Assembly (NCBI GenBank): GCA_008690995.1
Contig: VRMN01000004.1
Coordinates: 1-64,000 of the forward strand
DNA length: 64,000 nucleotides
Reading direction: 5' to 3'
Source of the DNA: Porphyridium purpureum
Lineage: Eukaryota
The notes below the pieces were generated by a model. That model did not search any database, was not told the origin of the DNA, and worked only from the letters and a program-made list of their open reading frames with translations. Positions 21,279 through 32,173 of the stretch are shown piece after piece. Numbering within the stretch: position 1 is the stretch's first letter; the number at the start of each line of letters is the position of its first letter. The position numbers and the translations under genes are program-made.

Positions 21279-23306
21279 ATGAGCGCCATGGCTTGCGCCT
21301 GGTTGCAACGCGGCCGGTACTTGTTGAGACGCACGAGCGCGTCATGTGCGCCTCCCGGGGTGCGCCGGGAATTTCATTCCGCGCGGGCTTTCGACGAATA
21401 TAGCGTGCCTCCGCGCAGCAGCGAATCAGCCGCGTTCAGTGCATACCGGCACACGCACGAGCTCAACGAGCAATTGAAACTCATGCTGGCCGCAGGTGCA
21501 CCGCTGCCTCGCGTGGAGCACTATATGAGCTCTTCGGGCGTTGGTCGTCCGAGCGGCCCTCGTCTGGACAAGATTTCGCTGACGCTGGCTTTGCGTATCG
21601 CCCGTTCTGCGCAGAATTATTTGCCGCACAGAAGACTGGGGTTTGCGGTGCGTATGCTACAGTTGGCAAGGCAGCATGGTGTGGCCATCGACGCTTACAA
21701 GTTGGCGCACATAATGCCGCTCGCGAGGCCATGCCGCAAAGCGAATGTGGTTTTGGCTGTCAAGCGTTTGGCGGAGGCGCCAGCCGATCGCTCGCCATCA
21801 GGCCGGATGCTGAACGAAGTGACTTACCAGGGACTGATCACTCACTTTGCATCCTGCGGGCGGCTTGATCTTATGCAGCGGACATTTGAAGAGTTTGTTT
21901 GTTTGCGGAACGACCAGGTAAGCGCGCACACCTTTGTTAGGGTCATTGACGGCTTTCTGGCCAATGATCACCCGGGCGCGGCCATGGATGTTTGGAAAAT
22001 CATGTGTGCGCCCCCGTATCTTGAGCGGATGGTTTTTGATGCGTACGTGCTTGAAAGCGGGGCACGCATTTGTATGGTCGTCGATGACGAAGAAGAAGCT
22101 CGTTGGATCGAAGCCATGTTTGCGCGAATCGGTGTGTCTTCGGGTCAACCTGTTGATCGACAGCAAGATGCACAGAGCGTAGCCAGGGACACACCCACTG
22201 AGCCGGTGCAGATTCTCGCCGAGCCGCAGCCGACGAATGTGTTGAATAATCGGCTGCAGACAGCGCTGTTTGAAAAATGGGACGCGCGGCGCGTGCAAAA
22301 TTTGCTCGACGGGTGGCGCCTGACGCGTCTCGATTCCCTGTCGCTCTCGCTGCTTCTCCGCATTGCTCGGGACTCGCCGCAGCTTTCGAATCGCGAAAAG
22401 CTTTCATTTGCAATACGGGCGCTACAGAGAGCGCGCGGCCACGGTGTGAAACCTCATGCAAGGCAGTTCACACATTTACTATCCCTGGCGACCGCGTGCC
22501 GTAAAGCCAATGTGATTTTGGTCGCGAAGAAACTGTGCAGTCAGAACGGACAATCTTTGGACTTTTTCGCGTACAAGGGGCTCATCATGCACTTTGCCCA
22601 GTGCCAGCGGCCTTTCCTCATGAAAGATATGTTTGATGAGATGATACTTGTGCACGGCAGCGCAGACAGCACGGCGGTTGTTAGTGTGATGCGCGGCTTT
22701 CTCACGACCGGGCATCATGAGAAAGCCCTGCAGGTTTGGAATCTGTCGCGCTCCGAGACGTTCGCTCAGCGCATCGTGCTGAGCCCGGACATGCTCACGT
22801 GCGGCGCGCTTATCTGTGGGCTAGAAGGGCATGATACTGTGCACGTCGCAGAGGAGGTCTCAAAGCAGTATATCGAAATGAACATTGCGCCGGGAGCCTG
22901 GAAACTGAAGAATCTTGCTGCAGCATTTATTCGATCCGGGCGATTTGAGGAGGCGCGGGAGCATATGCTGTGGTGCGTTCGCACGTGCGACCGCCCTCCG
23001 CTTGCTCCCGAATTGACCTTATATATTTCTGAGTGCATCAAGAGAGATCAACCAGCGGAATTATTGCCGCTAGTGCAGGTATTTGTGGTTGCTAGACACG
23101 GCAAGCCGCATGCTGACAAGATAAAGTGGCCGCTCGCTGTGCAACAGTACGTCGAAACGCTGCGAAATGCCGCCTTTGAAAAACAGCTGGACGCGCGCAT
23201 AGTCAAGGAACACGTCGAGATTGCGTTAGGGCCCGAAGCAGCGATGAAGCCCAGGACTGTGAAAGGCAAGGTGGAGAACAAGGTGGAAAACCACGTGACA
23301 GAGTGA
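21279..23306 (+). CDS. PPR-like helical-repeat protein, probably organellar, built from an internal duplication
   Basis: PPR-like units (EVTYQGLITHFASCGRLDLMQRTFEEF; FAYKGLIMHFAQCQRPFLMKDMFDEM), an Arg-rich N-terminus, and two homologous halves both containing CRKANV. Confidence 0.7.
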   Translation: MSAMACAWLQRGRYLLRRTSASCAPPGVRREFHSARAFDEYSVPPRSSESAAFSAYRHTHELNEQLKLMLAAGAPLPRVEHYMSSSGVGRPSGPRLDKISLTLALRIARSAQNYLPHRRLGFAVRMLQLARQHGVAIDAYKLAHIMPLARPCRKANVVLAVKRLAEAPADRSPSGRMLNEVTYQGLITHFASCGRLDLMQRTFEEFVCLRNDQVSAHTFVRVIDGFLANDHPGAAMDVWKIMCAPPYLERMVFDAYVLESGARICMVVDDEEEARWIEAMFARIGVSSGQPVDRQQDAQSVARDTPTEPVQILAEPQPTNVLNNRLQTALFEKWDARRVQNLLDGWRLTRLDSLSLSLLLRIARDSPQLSNREKLSFAIRALQRARGHGVKPHARQFTHLLSLATACRKANVILVAKKLCSQNGQSLDFFAYKGLIMHFAQCQRPFLMKDMFDEMILVHGSADSTAVVSVMRGFLTTGHHEKALQVWNLSRSETFAQRIVLSPDMLTCGALICGLEGHDTVHVAEEVSKQYIEMNIAPGAWKLKNLAAAFIRSGRFEEAREHMLWCVRTCDRPPLAPELTLYISECIKRDQPAELLPLVQVFVVARHGKPHADKIKWPLAVQQYVETLRNAAFEKQLDARIVKEHVEIALGPEAAMKPRTVKGKVENKVENHVTE

Positions 23307-24332
23307 TTCAAAGAGCGTCAGACATCTTATATGGGTGAAAGATGTGCCTATTGCCATATCTACAGTTTACAGTTTGTTGGGTTGCTGAGCAGCTGACTTG
23401 CGTGCGAGTGAACCACCAACGACAGGAGACACGAACCGCGTCGGAGTGCTGAGCGAGGTAGAGCCCCACGAGCCAATCTGACACCACCTCTACTGGGCTG
23501 AAACCCGGCACGTGCGGCCGGCTTCAAACAAGCAAAGACCCGGGGCTTGGGCCCCACACGTGCTTCTCAATTCTCGGACGTGAGACGCGCCACTCACCAC
23601 GGCGGAACAAGTGCACACTTGACGCGCAAAATCGTGCTACCCGCACATCCCCAATTGGTATCAGAGGCCCAGCAAACGTCTGAGCCACATTCCATTCACG
23701 CAAAGGTGCGCGCGAGATAAGTTTACTTTCCATGCCAGACGATGCAGATGTTCATTTCGACTTCTTTCCCCCAGCAACGACCTGGTTTTGCAGCGTTGTG
23801 GCCGCTTTGTCCCACAGAAACGCGGCGTTCCCCTTTGTGGCCACCTTGTGTGCGACTTGCACGTCGCATGGCAGCCCGTGCGTAACGCGGGCCGCGCGTC
23901 GGGCGCGTATCAACGCCGCGAGGCTCAAGCATGGCGGCAGCCACCGCACACGCGTTGCTCACACACGCGCGGCGCGGGGGCCGGCGCGCGCATCGCCGCC
24001 ACTCGCAGTCGGGGGCGCAGTGGGTCAAATATGCAGCGCGGGTGTACAGCATGCACTGAACACCCGCCACGCTGCACAATTTGTTCGGGTGTTTTTGCTT
24101 TTCCGGCTTTCCGGTTTTTCGGTATTTTTTTGTGGCGCGTGTGGGGCGCGCGTAGCAAAATTGCGCTGGTTTAGCGAGGGAAAGTCGGTGAGGCGCTGAA
24201 AAGAAGGGGGAAAGGAGAGGAGGGAAAGGAGAGGGGAAAGGAGAGGAGGGGAAAGAATAGGGAGTGCAACGGAGAGAGGTGGGGGGGAAAGAGGGAGGGA
24301 ACGTGTGCGTGTGGGTGTGGTGAGAAGGGAGG

Positions 24333-25150
24333 ATGGGGCTGTTCAGTAAGTTGAAGAGGGACAAGGGTGCCGAGGCTGGCGGCAAGGCGGCCAAGCCGGG
24401 GAAGGACGCGCCGGTGGCGGCGCTGCGCGCCGCCAGCTGTAGCGCCGCCCGCCCGGCGCAGCGCCCGCTGCTGCGCCGTCGCCGCGGCGCGGCCCCGATG
24501 CGCAGCCCCCGAAGCTCGCGCCGCCGCCGTCCGCGGCAAAGGCGCCCGACCCGGCGACGCGGATTGCCGAGCTGCAGAAGCACCTGAATATGCTCGATAA
24601 GAAGGAGGATGTGCTGCTGGCCAAGATGAAGGTGGAGCAGGAAAAGGCGCTCAAGGCCGCGGGCGACGGCAATCGCGCGCGCGCCAAGGAGCACATGGAG
24701 ACCAAGAAGCTGCTGGAGGCCCAGCAGGCCCGCATCGCGGGTCAAAGGAAAAACATCAACAAACAGAAGATGGCGATTGAGGAGGCTGTCATGAACAATG
24801 CACATGTTGACATCACCAGGATGGGTGCCGCGGAGCTGTCGAAATTACAGGAAGGGATGTCTGCCGATGTTGTGGACGATATCATGGCAGATCTCGGTGA
24901 GCAGCTCAACGTGGGCAAGGACATCAGCGATGCGCTGGGCATGGCGGTGAATGGAGGAGATTACGTTGACGAAATGGCTGCAGAGGACGAGCTCGATGCA
25001 TTGCTCGAGGCACAGGCGCAGGAGAAACTGATGGCCGACCAAAAAGTGACTCTTCCCAGCGGGGTCGCTGCGGGACCGTCTTCCGCTGCGGCCAAACCGC
25101 AGAAAAGCCGGGAGGAGGAGCTCGCCGCACTCGAGGCCTCACTCATGTAG
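24333..25150 (+). CDS. ESCRT-III Snf7/Vps32 (CHMP4)-family protein; apparent frameshift or unrecognised intron at ~24420-24490
   Basis: Starts MGLFSKLK. The second frame gives a Snf7 coiled coil (AKEHMETKKLLEAQQARIAGQ...VDDIMADLGEQ...ISDALG...EDELDAL) and ends EELAALEASLM. Confidence 0.8.
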
Positions 25151-25451
25151 AAAACATCGTAAAGAGAGTTGGCTGTGTGTGTTTATCCTGATTCTTGTAA
25201 AAGCGTTCTTCCCATGGAGGACGGATCGGAATGCTCAACATCGAATCCCCGACCCGGCCCGCCGATCAGCCTCGCTCATATGTCTTGTCTAGCCTCTCAA
25301 CTTGGCCGGAAATGAATGATCGACTGAAGGGGCTCGGTAGCGCAAGTTTCATCACGCAGGCGCGCGCGGGAAAGTGGGTGCTGACGCCGCTACTGAGAAG
25401 TGACGCTGGGACGCGAAGCTGCCTGGACGAGGGAGGCAAGAACGCCCGGCG

Positions 25452-27317
25452 ATGGGGGACCGGGAATACGACGCGCGACGCGGAGCGGGCGCGGGCCGTC
25501 CGGACGACTGGGCGTACCACGACGACCCACGGTACGCACATGAGCCCGACTATTACGGAGGCGGCGAGTTTGGCGGATTCGACGCAGAGCGTGGGTACTC
25601 GGGGCGTGCCAATGGAAGTGGACGAGGTGAGCCGTACCCTCTGGTCGAGAGCTATCCGGACGAGGACGGATACCATGGCGATGGCGCACATCCAAAGCGA
25701 GCAAGTGCGGCGGCGGCGACGAGCTCAGGTGGCGCCGGCGGGTTACTTATGAATGCTGCGGGTCAGGGCAAGTCCATGTCTGCCGGAAGTACCGGTGGTG
25801 CCGGCGCCGGCGCTGCGCTTTCAAAGAAGGCATCGCAGTCGACGATGGGCTCGAAGATGAAGGATGTCTTTCGCAAGGTAAGCTCGGACATGAAAAAGGA
25901 CTTTTGGAAGACGCTCATCATCAACACAACGAATCGAACCATTGGACCGCCCGAACAGAGCCACGTGATGACCATCATGGATGGCCTGCAGAACGGGAGC
26001 GGGCCTATCGCAGATCGCAACAACTCCACCGGTGCGATATGCCACCACCTGCGCAAGCGTCTGCAGGAGCCGGACTGGATCGTGGCCGTCAAGGCGCTTG
26101 GTGTATTCCACTACTTGCTGCGCGAATGCAAGGAGCCCATGTTTGCGAAGGAGGTCGCAACGACGTACCGCAGCATTTTTAATATGTCCGGGTTCAATAA
26201 CCTACTCCCAGAAGGTTCGGCGTACGTCGGATTTGTTCGCTCGTACGGCGCATACCTGGTCAAATGGTGCGAGCTCAAGGCCACGCTTGACTACCCCCCG
26301 TGCAAGGTCGGCGTGTGGGAGGACAAACCTGAGACAGAGTTCTGCGAGCAGTTTGGCCGCACGGACCCAAAAGTTTTGCTCACGGCGATTCCCATGGTGC
26401 TCGCGGCACTAGACGTCATCTACAAAATCGACTGGAAGGGCCCGATGAAGGGCAGCCCAGCAGGCGCATTCCCTATCAGCTTGGTGCTGAACGATTTTAC
26501 ACACTACTGGATGTCGATTCAGCGAGGGTTCATGACGGTGGTGGACGCGTTCTACGCCAAGCCGGACGCTCTCGCGCCGCGCGCGTCCAAGGGGGCGCAG
26601 GCCATGTATGAGCTGTATCTATCATTCACCAAGGAAGATACGGCCAAGGCAAAGGAATTTATTGGCACGGCCACCATGCTAAGCCCCGGCTGGAACGCGC
26701 CCGGTGCGGAGCTGCCAGAAGAGGATGTGGTGTATGACGTGTGCATGGCCATGTACGAATATGCGTATCCTGAAGCCTCCTACGCGCAAGTCGCACGTGT
26801 CATGGACTCGGCTGCGTTACTTGGTGGCGCCGGTGGTAAGGGGTACCGCGCCCAGTCCAAAAAGGGCGGAAGCGTGGTGGCCGCTTCGGCTGCCGATTCA
26901 TTCTTCGACCCAGATGGCGACCCTTTTGCCAGCGCCACCGCCACCGCTGGCAAAGGTAAAAGGGAGTCTGAGAGCCAAAGCCTATCCGGCAAGGGCACCG
27001 GCACTTCGCGCAAACCCAAGCGGAGTGGAGTCATTGTGGAGGAGCCTTCAGACAATGATCCCTTCGGGCCCGCGAACGACGGGTTTGATGGCTTGCTTAT
27101 TTCGCGCCCGCGGCCTGCGGCTGATGACGCTCTTACCGGAAGTGTCGGCGACGGGGCGCGCAGCACGTGGCAGGGTTCAGCAGACCCATTTGGAAAAGAC
27201 ACATCGCAGCTGGCGACGATGAACGTGAATCCGATGGCTATGCAACAGCAGCAGATGATGTTGATGCGGCAGCAACAGCAGCAGCAATTGCTGCTTCAGC
27301 AACAGCGACAGATGGCT

Positions 27318-27348
<31 letters not shown>

Positions 27349-27473
27349 TCATGATGCAACAGCAAGCCGCGCTGCGCCAACGACAATCTGGCGGTGTCAT
27401 GCAGCACATGAATATGAATCCGAGCGGCTACTCTGGCGCGTATGGCCCAGGTTCGGGCTTCCAAGGCTACTGA
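25452..27473 (+). CDS. ANTH-domain (AP180/CALM-like) clathrin assembly protein
   Basis: LRKRLQEPDWIVAVKALGVFHYLLRE and FVRSYGAYL (ANTH), several DPF motifs in a disordered tail, and a polyQ C-terminus. Confidence 0.8.
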
Positions 27474-27775
27474 AAGTTGGTGCGGACACACGACGCAGAT
27501 CGGATCTTTCGTCGGAGAGCCGTCAACTTGTAGCCCTGTCCATGCTCCGTAGCCTGCTTTCTCTAACGTAGCATGACTCTCTTATCCACAGCTAGACCAA
27601 TACACATGATGGAACCTGGAACAGCAAGGCCAATGCCACGCACCTGGGTGCAGAGCTTTGTTCAGATAGCCCTCAACCGTATCGCAATTTGAACGCACCT
27701 CGGGACACTGAAGAAGCCTCTGGGTATGGTCAGCGCGCGGCCGTTGCACGTTGACATTGGGTTGTGTGTGAAACA

Positions 27776-28423
27776 ATGCGCCGCGCAGTACGGCTCTCGC
27801 TAGCGGGCCTGCTCGTGTTTACGCCGTTGGTGCTTGGTGTGCTCTACTTCTTGATCTGCCCTGTTGCGCCCGAGTTTGACAACATCCGCAGCAGCGAGCT
27901 CTCGCGCAAGGTGTTTGGCTTTCGCAAGCGCGTGCTCGGATGGGTAGTGGGCGGCAGCGGGGTGCAGTCCGTGGCCATTTCGCGTGCGGAACTGGCCGTG
28001 TTTGACGGCAGCAGCGATCTGCTGCCTGTGTGGATCTCGATCGCAAACCAGGTCTTCGATGTGACGGCTGGCCGCGACTTTTACCGCGTGGGCGGCAGCT
28101 ACAATGTATTTGCCGGGCGGGACGCCACGTTTCACCTGTTTGACCTGTCCGAGGCGTCCGAGCGCACGTGGTGCGGCGAGCACGAGTGGGCGGCATTGAG
28201 CGACGAGATGCGCAAGTCGCTAGACGGGTGGCTGGACTTTTTCAACACGCACAAGTACTACTTTCGGGTCGGCACGCTCACGAACGAAGACTACGCACCG
28301 TGTGCAAGTGCGCACGAGGCGCAAGACGCTCACCTGTCTCTCCACAACGAACACCTGCTCGAGGCTGGGCCCATGCCGGACCCGCCGGCAAACCAGCAAC
28401 AGCACGGACACGATGAGCTTTGA
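27776..28423 (+). CDS. Cytochrome b5-like heme/steroid-binding (MAPR/neuferricin-like) protein, ER-retained
   Basis: N-terminal TM/signal, VFDVTAGRDFYRVGGSYNVFAGRDAT, C-terminal HDEL. Confidence 0.88.
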   Translation: MRRAVRLSLAGLLVFTPLVLGVLYFLICPVAPEFDNIRSSELSRKVFGFRKRVLGWVVGGSGVQSVAISRAELAVFDGSSDLLPVWISIANQVFDVTAGRDFYRVGGSYNVFAGRDATFHLFDLSEASERTWCGEHEWAALSDEMRKSLDGWLDFFNTHKYYFRVGTLTNEDYAPCASAHEAQDAHLSLHNEHLLEAGPMPDPPANQQQHGHDEL

Positions 28424-28668
28424 AATGATGCCTCAGACTTCCAGTGCCTTGAGGACGTGGCTTGGGCATGGTGTGTGGCGTTTGAGATGTCCACTGACCG
28501 CATGGGAGGTCTATCACCTTGCACGACCGCGTTCTTGGCAACAAGATGCACGAGGACGTGTCGAAACTCTATTCGCACAGCCTCCACCTGGTGCAAGTTT
28601 CTGCGTAAACGAATAAACGAATAACCGCGCATCCATACCTTGAAGACCGGCAGAGGGCTAAGACGTTT

Positions 28669-29724
28669 TTGATGGGGATGGCATTCACGCCGCTATATGT
28701 TGCGGACGTGGCAGCTCGCATCGCTCGTCCCTCGCCGCGCGTGCGCTCACAACGCAATGTGGTACGGCGCGGCGCAAACTGTGCGGGCCGCGCGTCTCGC
28801 CTCGCGGCGTCTCTCAACAACAATGGCGAGAGAACATCCAGGCGCAGCAGGCCGCTGCGAGACGATGCGTCACTCAACGAGTTGATCGATGCACTACATG
28901 AGTATTTGGACGAGGTTGCACTCGACGGATCCGAGCGTACTATAGATGAGCTCCGCTACGATGTGCTGCAAGCGCGCGGACGCGTAGACCTTGCGCGAGG
29001 GCTCGTGAATCACGGCGGCTTTGTTGTCGTTGCCAAGCAGATGCAGGGTGTGCAGGGCATGCGCGCCGAAAGCGCAGCGGAGCGCGTCGCGCGCCAGCAG
29101 GCGGTCGAGGACAATCGTGTCCGGTTGGTCAAAAGCATGCCTGAGGCGGAGCTCGGTGGGCTTGCGCTCGGCCGCGCACGCGAGGCGCGCTTGGAGCCCG
29201 AGCTCGTCCAGCGCGCCGCCATGCAAGCCAAGCAGCAACTTGAGGATCGCTCTCGTTATGGTGAAGACGGCAGCTCTGCCTTCCCGCTGCGGCCAGAGAC
29301 AAATCGCGTTGCGCAACAGCTCATGGACCGTGCTGGACTGAGCTTCAAGGTGCGTCGCCGCGATGAGCTCACTGAGGAACTGGAAATGCAACAGCGGCAA
29401 AGGCCGCGCGAGCAAATGCTGTTTTCTTTGCCGGAGCGCGCGAGCATGGTGGCCTTTGTGTGGTTTGTGGTTTTGGCCGGCCGTGCAGATCCACTTCACG
29501 CCGTTGATCTGGGCGATTACGCGACCTATGCGCCAGCACTCACGCAAGCACTTCACGCTGTTGCAGGCATCAGTACGGTTGGCCATATGGGCATCGCAGT
29601 ACTCGCTGCGCGAATTGCTGCACGCAAGAACCGCAACCCTTCCGTTTGGGCTGCGAAGGGCTTTTTGTCCGGTGCAGTTGCTCTCCAGAAGCTCACGACT
29701 CTGCGGCCGCTTCCTCGTCCCTGA
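28669..29724 (+). CDS. Hypothetical protein, probably plastid-targeted, with C-terminal TM segments
   Basis: 351-aa ORF with an MAF-type Arg/Ser-rich N-terminus and hydrophobic C-terminal helices; family not recognised. First ATG is at 28672. Confidence 0.6.
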   Translation: MMGMAFTPLYVADVAARIARPSPRVRSQRNVVRRGANCAGRASRLAASLNNNGERTSRRSRPLRDDASLNELIDALHEYLDEVALDGSERTIDELRYDVLQARGRVDLARGLVNHGGFVVVAKQMQGVQGMRAESAAERVARQQAVEDNRVRLVKSMPEAELGGLALGRAREARLEPELVQRAAMQAKQQLEDRSRYGEDGSSAFPLRPETNRVAQQLMDRAGLSFKVRRRDELTEELEMQQRQRPREQMLFSLPERASMVAFVWFVVLAGRADPLHAVDLGDYATYAPALTQALHAVAGISTVGHMGIAVLAARIAARKNRNPSVWAAKGFLSGAVALQKLTTLRPLPRP

Positions 29725-30145
29725 TCGAGGACTCGGCTGGACCTCTTTGGTTTTTGTGGGTCATGTGTATCGTTTTGTTGTAATTATGGGATGAAAGCAG
29801 GGATCCCTTTCTGGTCCAGGTGGTCTCCTGTCGCGAATTTCGTGGTGTCTGTTGCTGCCATGACGGATGAGACGCAATTCGTGTGTACGATCTCGACGTC
29901 GACAGAGAGACTAAAGAAGGTGAAGCACAGAACCGGGGTCGGTCAATACGTTGATCCGGCCGCTTCAGCTCGTCCATTTTGTGTACGCTGTTTTGCTTTG
30001 TAAAGGCGTCTCTGCATTTTACTACGACGGCAATTTTTTGTCTTCTTCTTTTCCCTTTTCTTCATCTTTCTTCATTCAGCTACAGAATCAATGCTGGCAC
30101 GCTCGGCCAATTCTTCCTTCTCCGCCTGCACTCTGCTCCAGGTAC

Positions 30146-31630
30146 CTAGTACTTGAAGATTTGCACGCCCCAAGGCTTCATGACGCAGTGAAGTCCGTGC
30201 TCGCGCAGCTCGCCTGCATCACGCGGATAGTCCTTGCCCGCCATGTACTCGTGCACGGTATATTCGCCCGCGGGAGATGCCGACGGTGCATCTGGCAACT
30301 TGAAGCGCGCGCACGCCGCTGCATCTGTATAGTTGACGACCACCAGGAATCGATCGTCCTCATGCGTCATGCGCCACGCAACAAGACGCCACGTGTCATA
30401 GTCAGATTCGTCCGGTGGCTCTGGCCAAGTCCAATGATAGCCAGCGTCTGGCTCTGTGAATGCCGGCTCTGCAAGTACCTTGTTTAGAACGGTGTAGTAG
30501 CGCAGCGTGCCTGCATCAGACTCGTACTCGGAGCGGCGGCGCAGGTGCACGTCTAGTCGCGCAGAGCAGGCGTGCCATTGGTCATGGAAAATAAGCCGGC
30601 ACCCAGGCAGCAGAAAGCTTATGGCTGCGGCAGCGTTGGCGCGCATCGGCCCGCAAAACTCGCTCACGGCGCGCGGCTCGTCGTGATTCTCCACAAAGTG
30701 GGCCGAATGGCGCAAAAAGTCGAGCGAGCGCGAGCTCATGTAGCCGCGCAAGTTGTCCATGTGCCCGGACGCCAGGTGATCGTACAGGTATTTGTCGTAC
30801 GTCAGATCAAAGCCGAGCCCGACGAGCTCCGTGTCGAGGCCCCAGTAGACCTCGGCCATGAAAATGGTGTCCGGATATTTTGCGCGCACGCGCTTGATCG
30901 CGTCCTCCCAGAATTCGGTTGGCGGCGCACTCCAGCCCGTTGCGCGCAGTTCACGGCCCCACGTCTGCTCGTGCACCTTGTTCAGCAGCAGCATCGCCAT
31001 ATCAAGCCGCATGACGTCGCAGATCGAAGCCACACGAAGCAGGTTGTCCACCTGCGCCTCGCGGAGCGCCGGATTAAAGTAGTTGAGCTGCGCGGTGTCT
31101 GGCCACGCGCCCGTGTACGGGTCCTTGCCGTGTGCGCGGCCGTCCGGTAGAAACTCGTCCGGATTGCAGTCGGCTGGGTTATCCGGCTTGCGGATGAAAA
31201 AGTCGCGGCATGCCGGATCGTCCGCCCAGGCACAGTCCACGGCCATGTGATTCGGCACAAAGTCAAGCATAAGCTTCAGGCCGCGCTTTGCGCAGCGCTC
31301 GCGAAAGCGCGCCATGGCCGCGTTCCCGCCAAGCTCGTCGCTGACCACGTATTCGACGATCGCGTACGGCGAGCCGATGATGTCGTCCGGAGTAAAGTCA
31401 GGCAGTGCCTTCTTGTAGCCTTCCATGCGCGACTTTTCCTCGCGATCCAGCGCGAGCCCGACCGAGCCGAGCTTGAAAGCGCCCTGCAGCCAAATCATAT
31501 GCATCTTCTGCTCCTGCAGCTTATCCAGCTCTGCGTCCGGCACGTCGTCCAGCGAGGTCACGCCAAGCTCATACATCCATGCTCGCGACGACACCTCATA
31601 CAGGCTCAGTCCCTGGCCGACGCGCGCCAT
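30146..31630 (-). CDS. GH13 alpha-amylase-family glycoside hydrolase (bacterial/archaeal AmyA-like)
   Basis: GSPYAI, LMLDFVPNH (region I), RLDMAML (nucleophile D), FMAEVYW (acid/base E), FVENHDEPR (region IV). Confidence 0.9.
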   Translation of the reverse strand: MARVGQGLSLYEVSSRAWMYELGVTSLDDVPDAELDKLQEQKMHMIWLQGAFKLGSVGLALDREEKSRMEGYKKALPDFTPDDIIGSPYAIVEYVVSDELGGNAAMARFRERCAKRGLKLMLDFVPNHMAVDCAWADDPACRDFFIRKPDNPADCNPDEFLPDGRAHGKDPYTGAWPDTAQLNYFNPALREAQVDNLLRVASICDVMRLDMAMLLLNKVHEQTWGRELRATGWSAPPTEFWEDAIKRVRAKYPDTIFMAEVYWGLDTELVGLGFDLTYDKYLYDHLASGHMDNLRGYMSSRSLDFLRHSAHFVENHDEPRAVSEFCGPMRANAAAAISFLLPGCRLIFHDQWHACSARLDVHLRRRSEYESDAGTLRYYTVLNKVLAEPAFTEPDAGYHWTWPEPPDESDYDTWRLVAWRMTHEDDRFLVVVNYTDAAACARFKLPDAPSASPAGEYTVHEYMAGKDYPRDAGELREHGLHCVMKPWGVQIFKY

Positions 31631-32173
31631 ATCCAACCTTGCAGCCGTCGTGACGGCACGCCCGCACCTACACGCCTCCCCCACTCGCCTCTCCGCACGA
31701 TCGCGCACGCCAGCCGGCACCGTGCCCGCCCAGCTCCTTTACGTCTGATGCCGCACGCTCTGCGACGCCACCCCGCTCAAGACTCCTGCGGGAAAAGAAT
31801 GCGCCGTGCACTCCGCGTGTGCCCTGCACGCAGCCACCGCTCGCCCCGCCCAGCTCGGCAGCACGCGCGCTTCCATGTGGAGCGTCGCACGGCTGCTGCG
31901 ACACACACACACACACGCAGCTTCGCGTGGCGGCTGCACGGGGTTGCGTGTGCCGAAGCACCGCAGCCGCTGCCGAGTTCCACGCGAAATTCTCATTTTT
32001 CGCGCCCGATTACTGATTTCCTGGCGCGCGTGATATTTATTTATTTTTGGGGGGGGTATTTCTGTGCGCCAACGGAAAGTATAGTAAAAGAAGTGCGTTT
32101 AGATAGGAGCGATTCGGTACAGCCTCGTTAGGGGTTTCGGGCATTTCGGATACGGGGAAAAAAAAGAGAAAAG

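Noticed and set aside
23310..24330. Possible small spliced gene on the minus strand and a purine-rich tract at 24200-24300
   Set aside because: No recognisable product; the purine tract looks like ordinary 5' UTR low complexity of the Snf7 gene.
27240..27365. CAG-rich repeat
   Set aside because: Simply encodes the polyQ tract of the ANTH protein.
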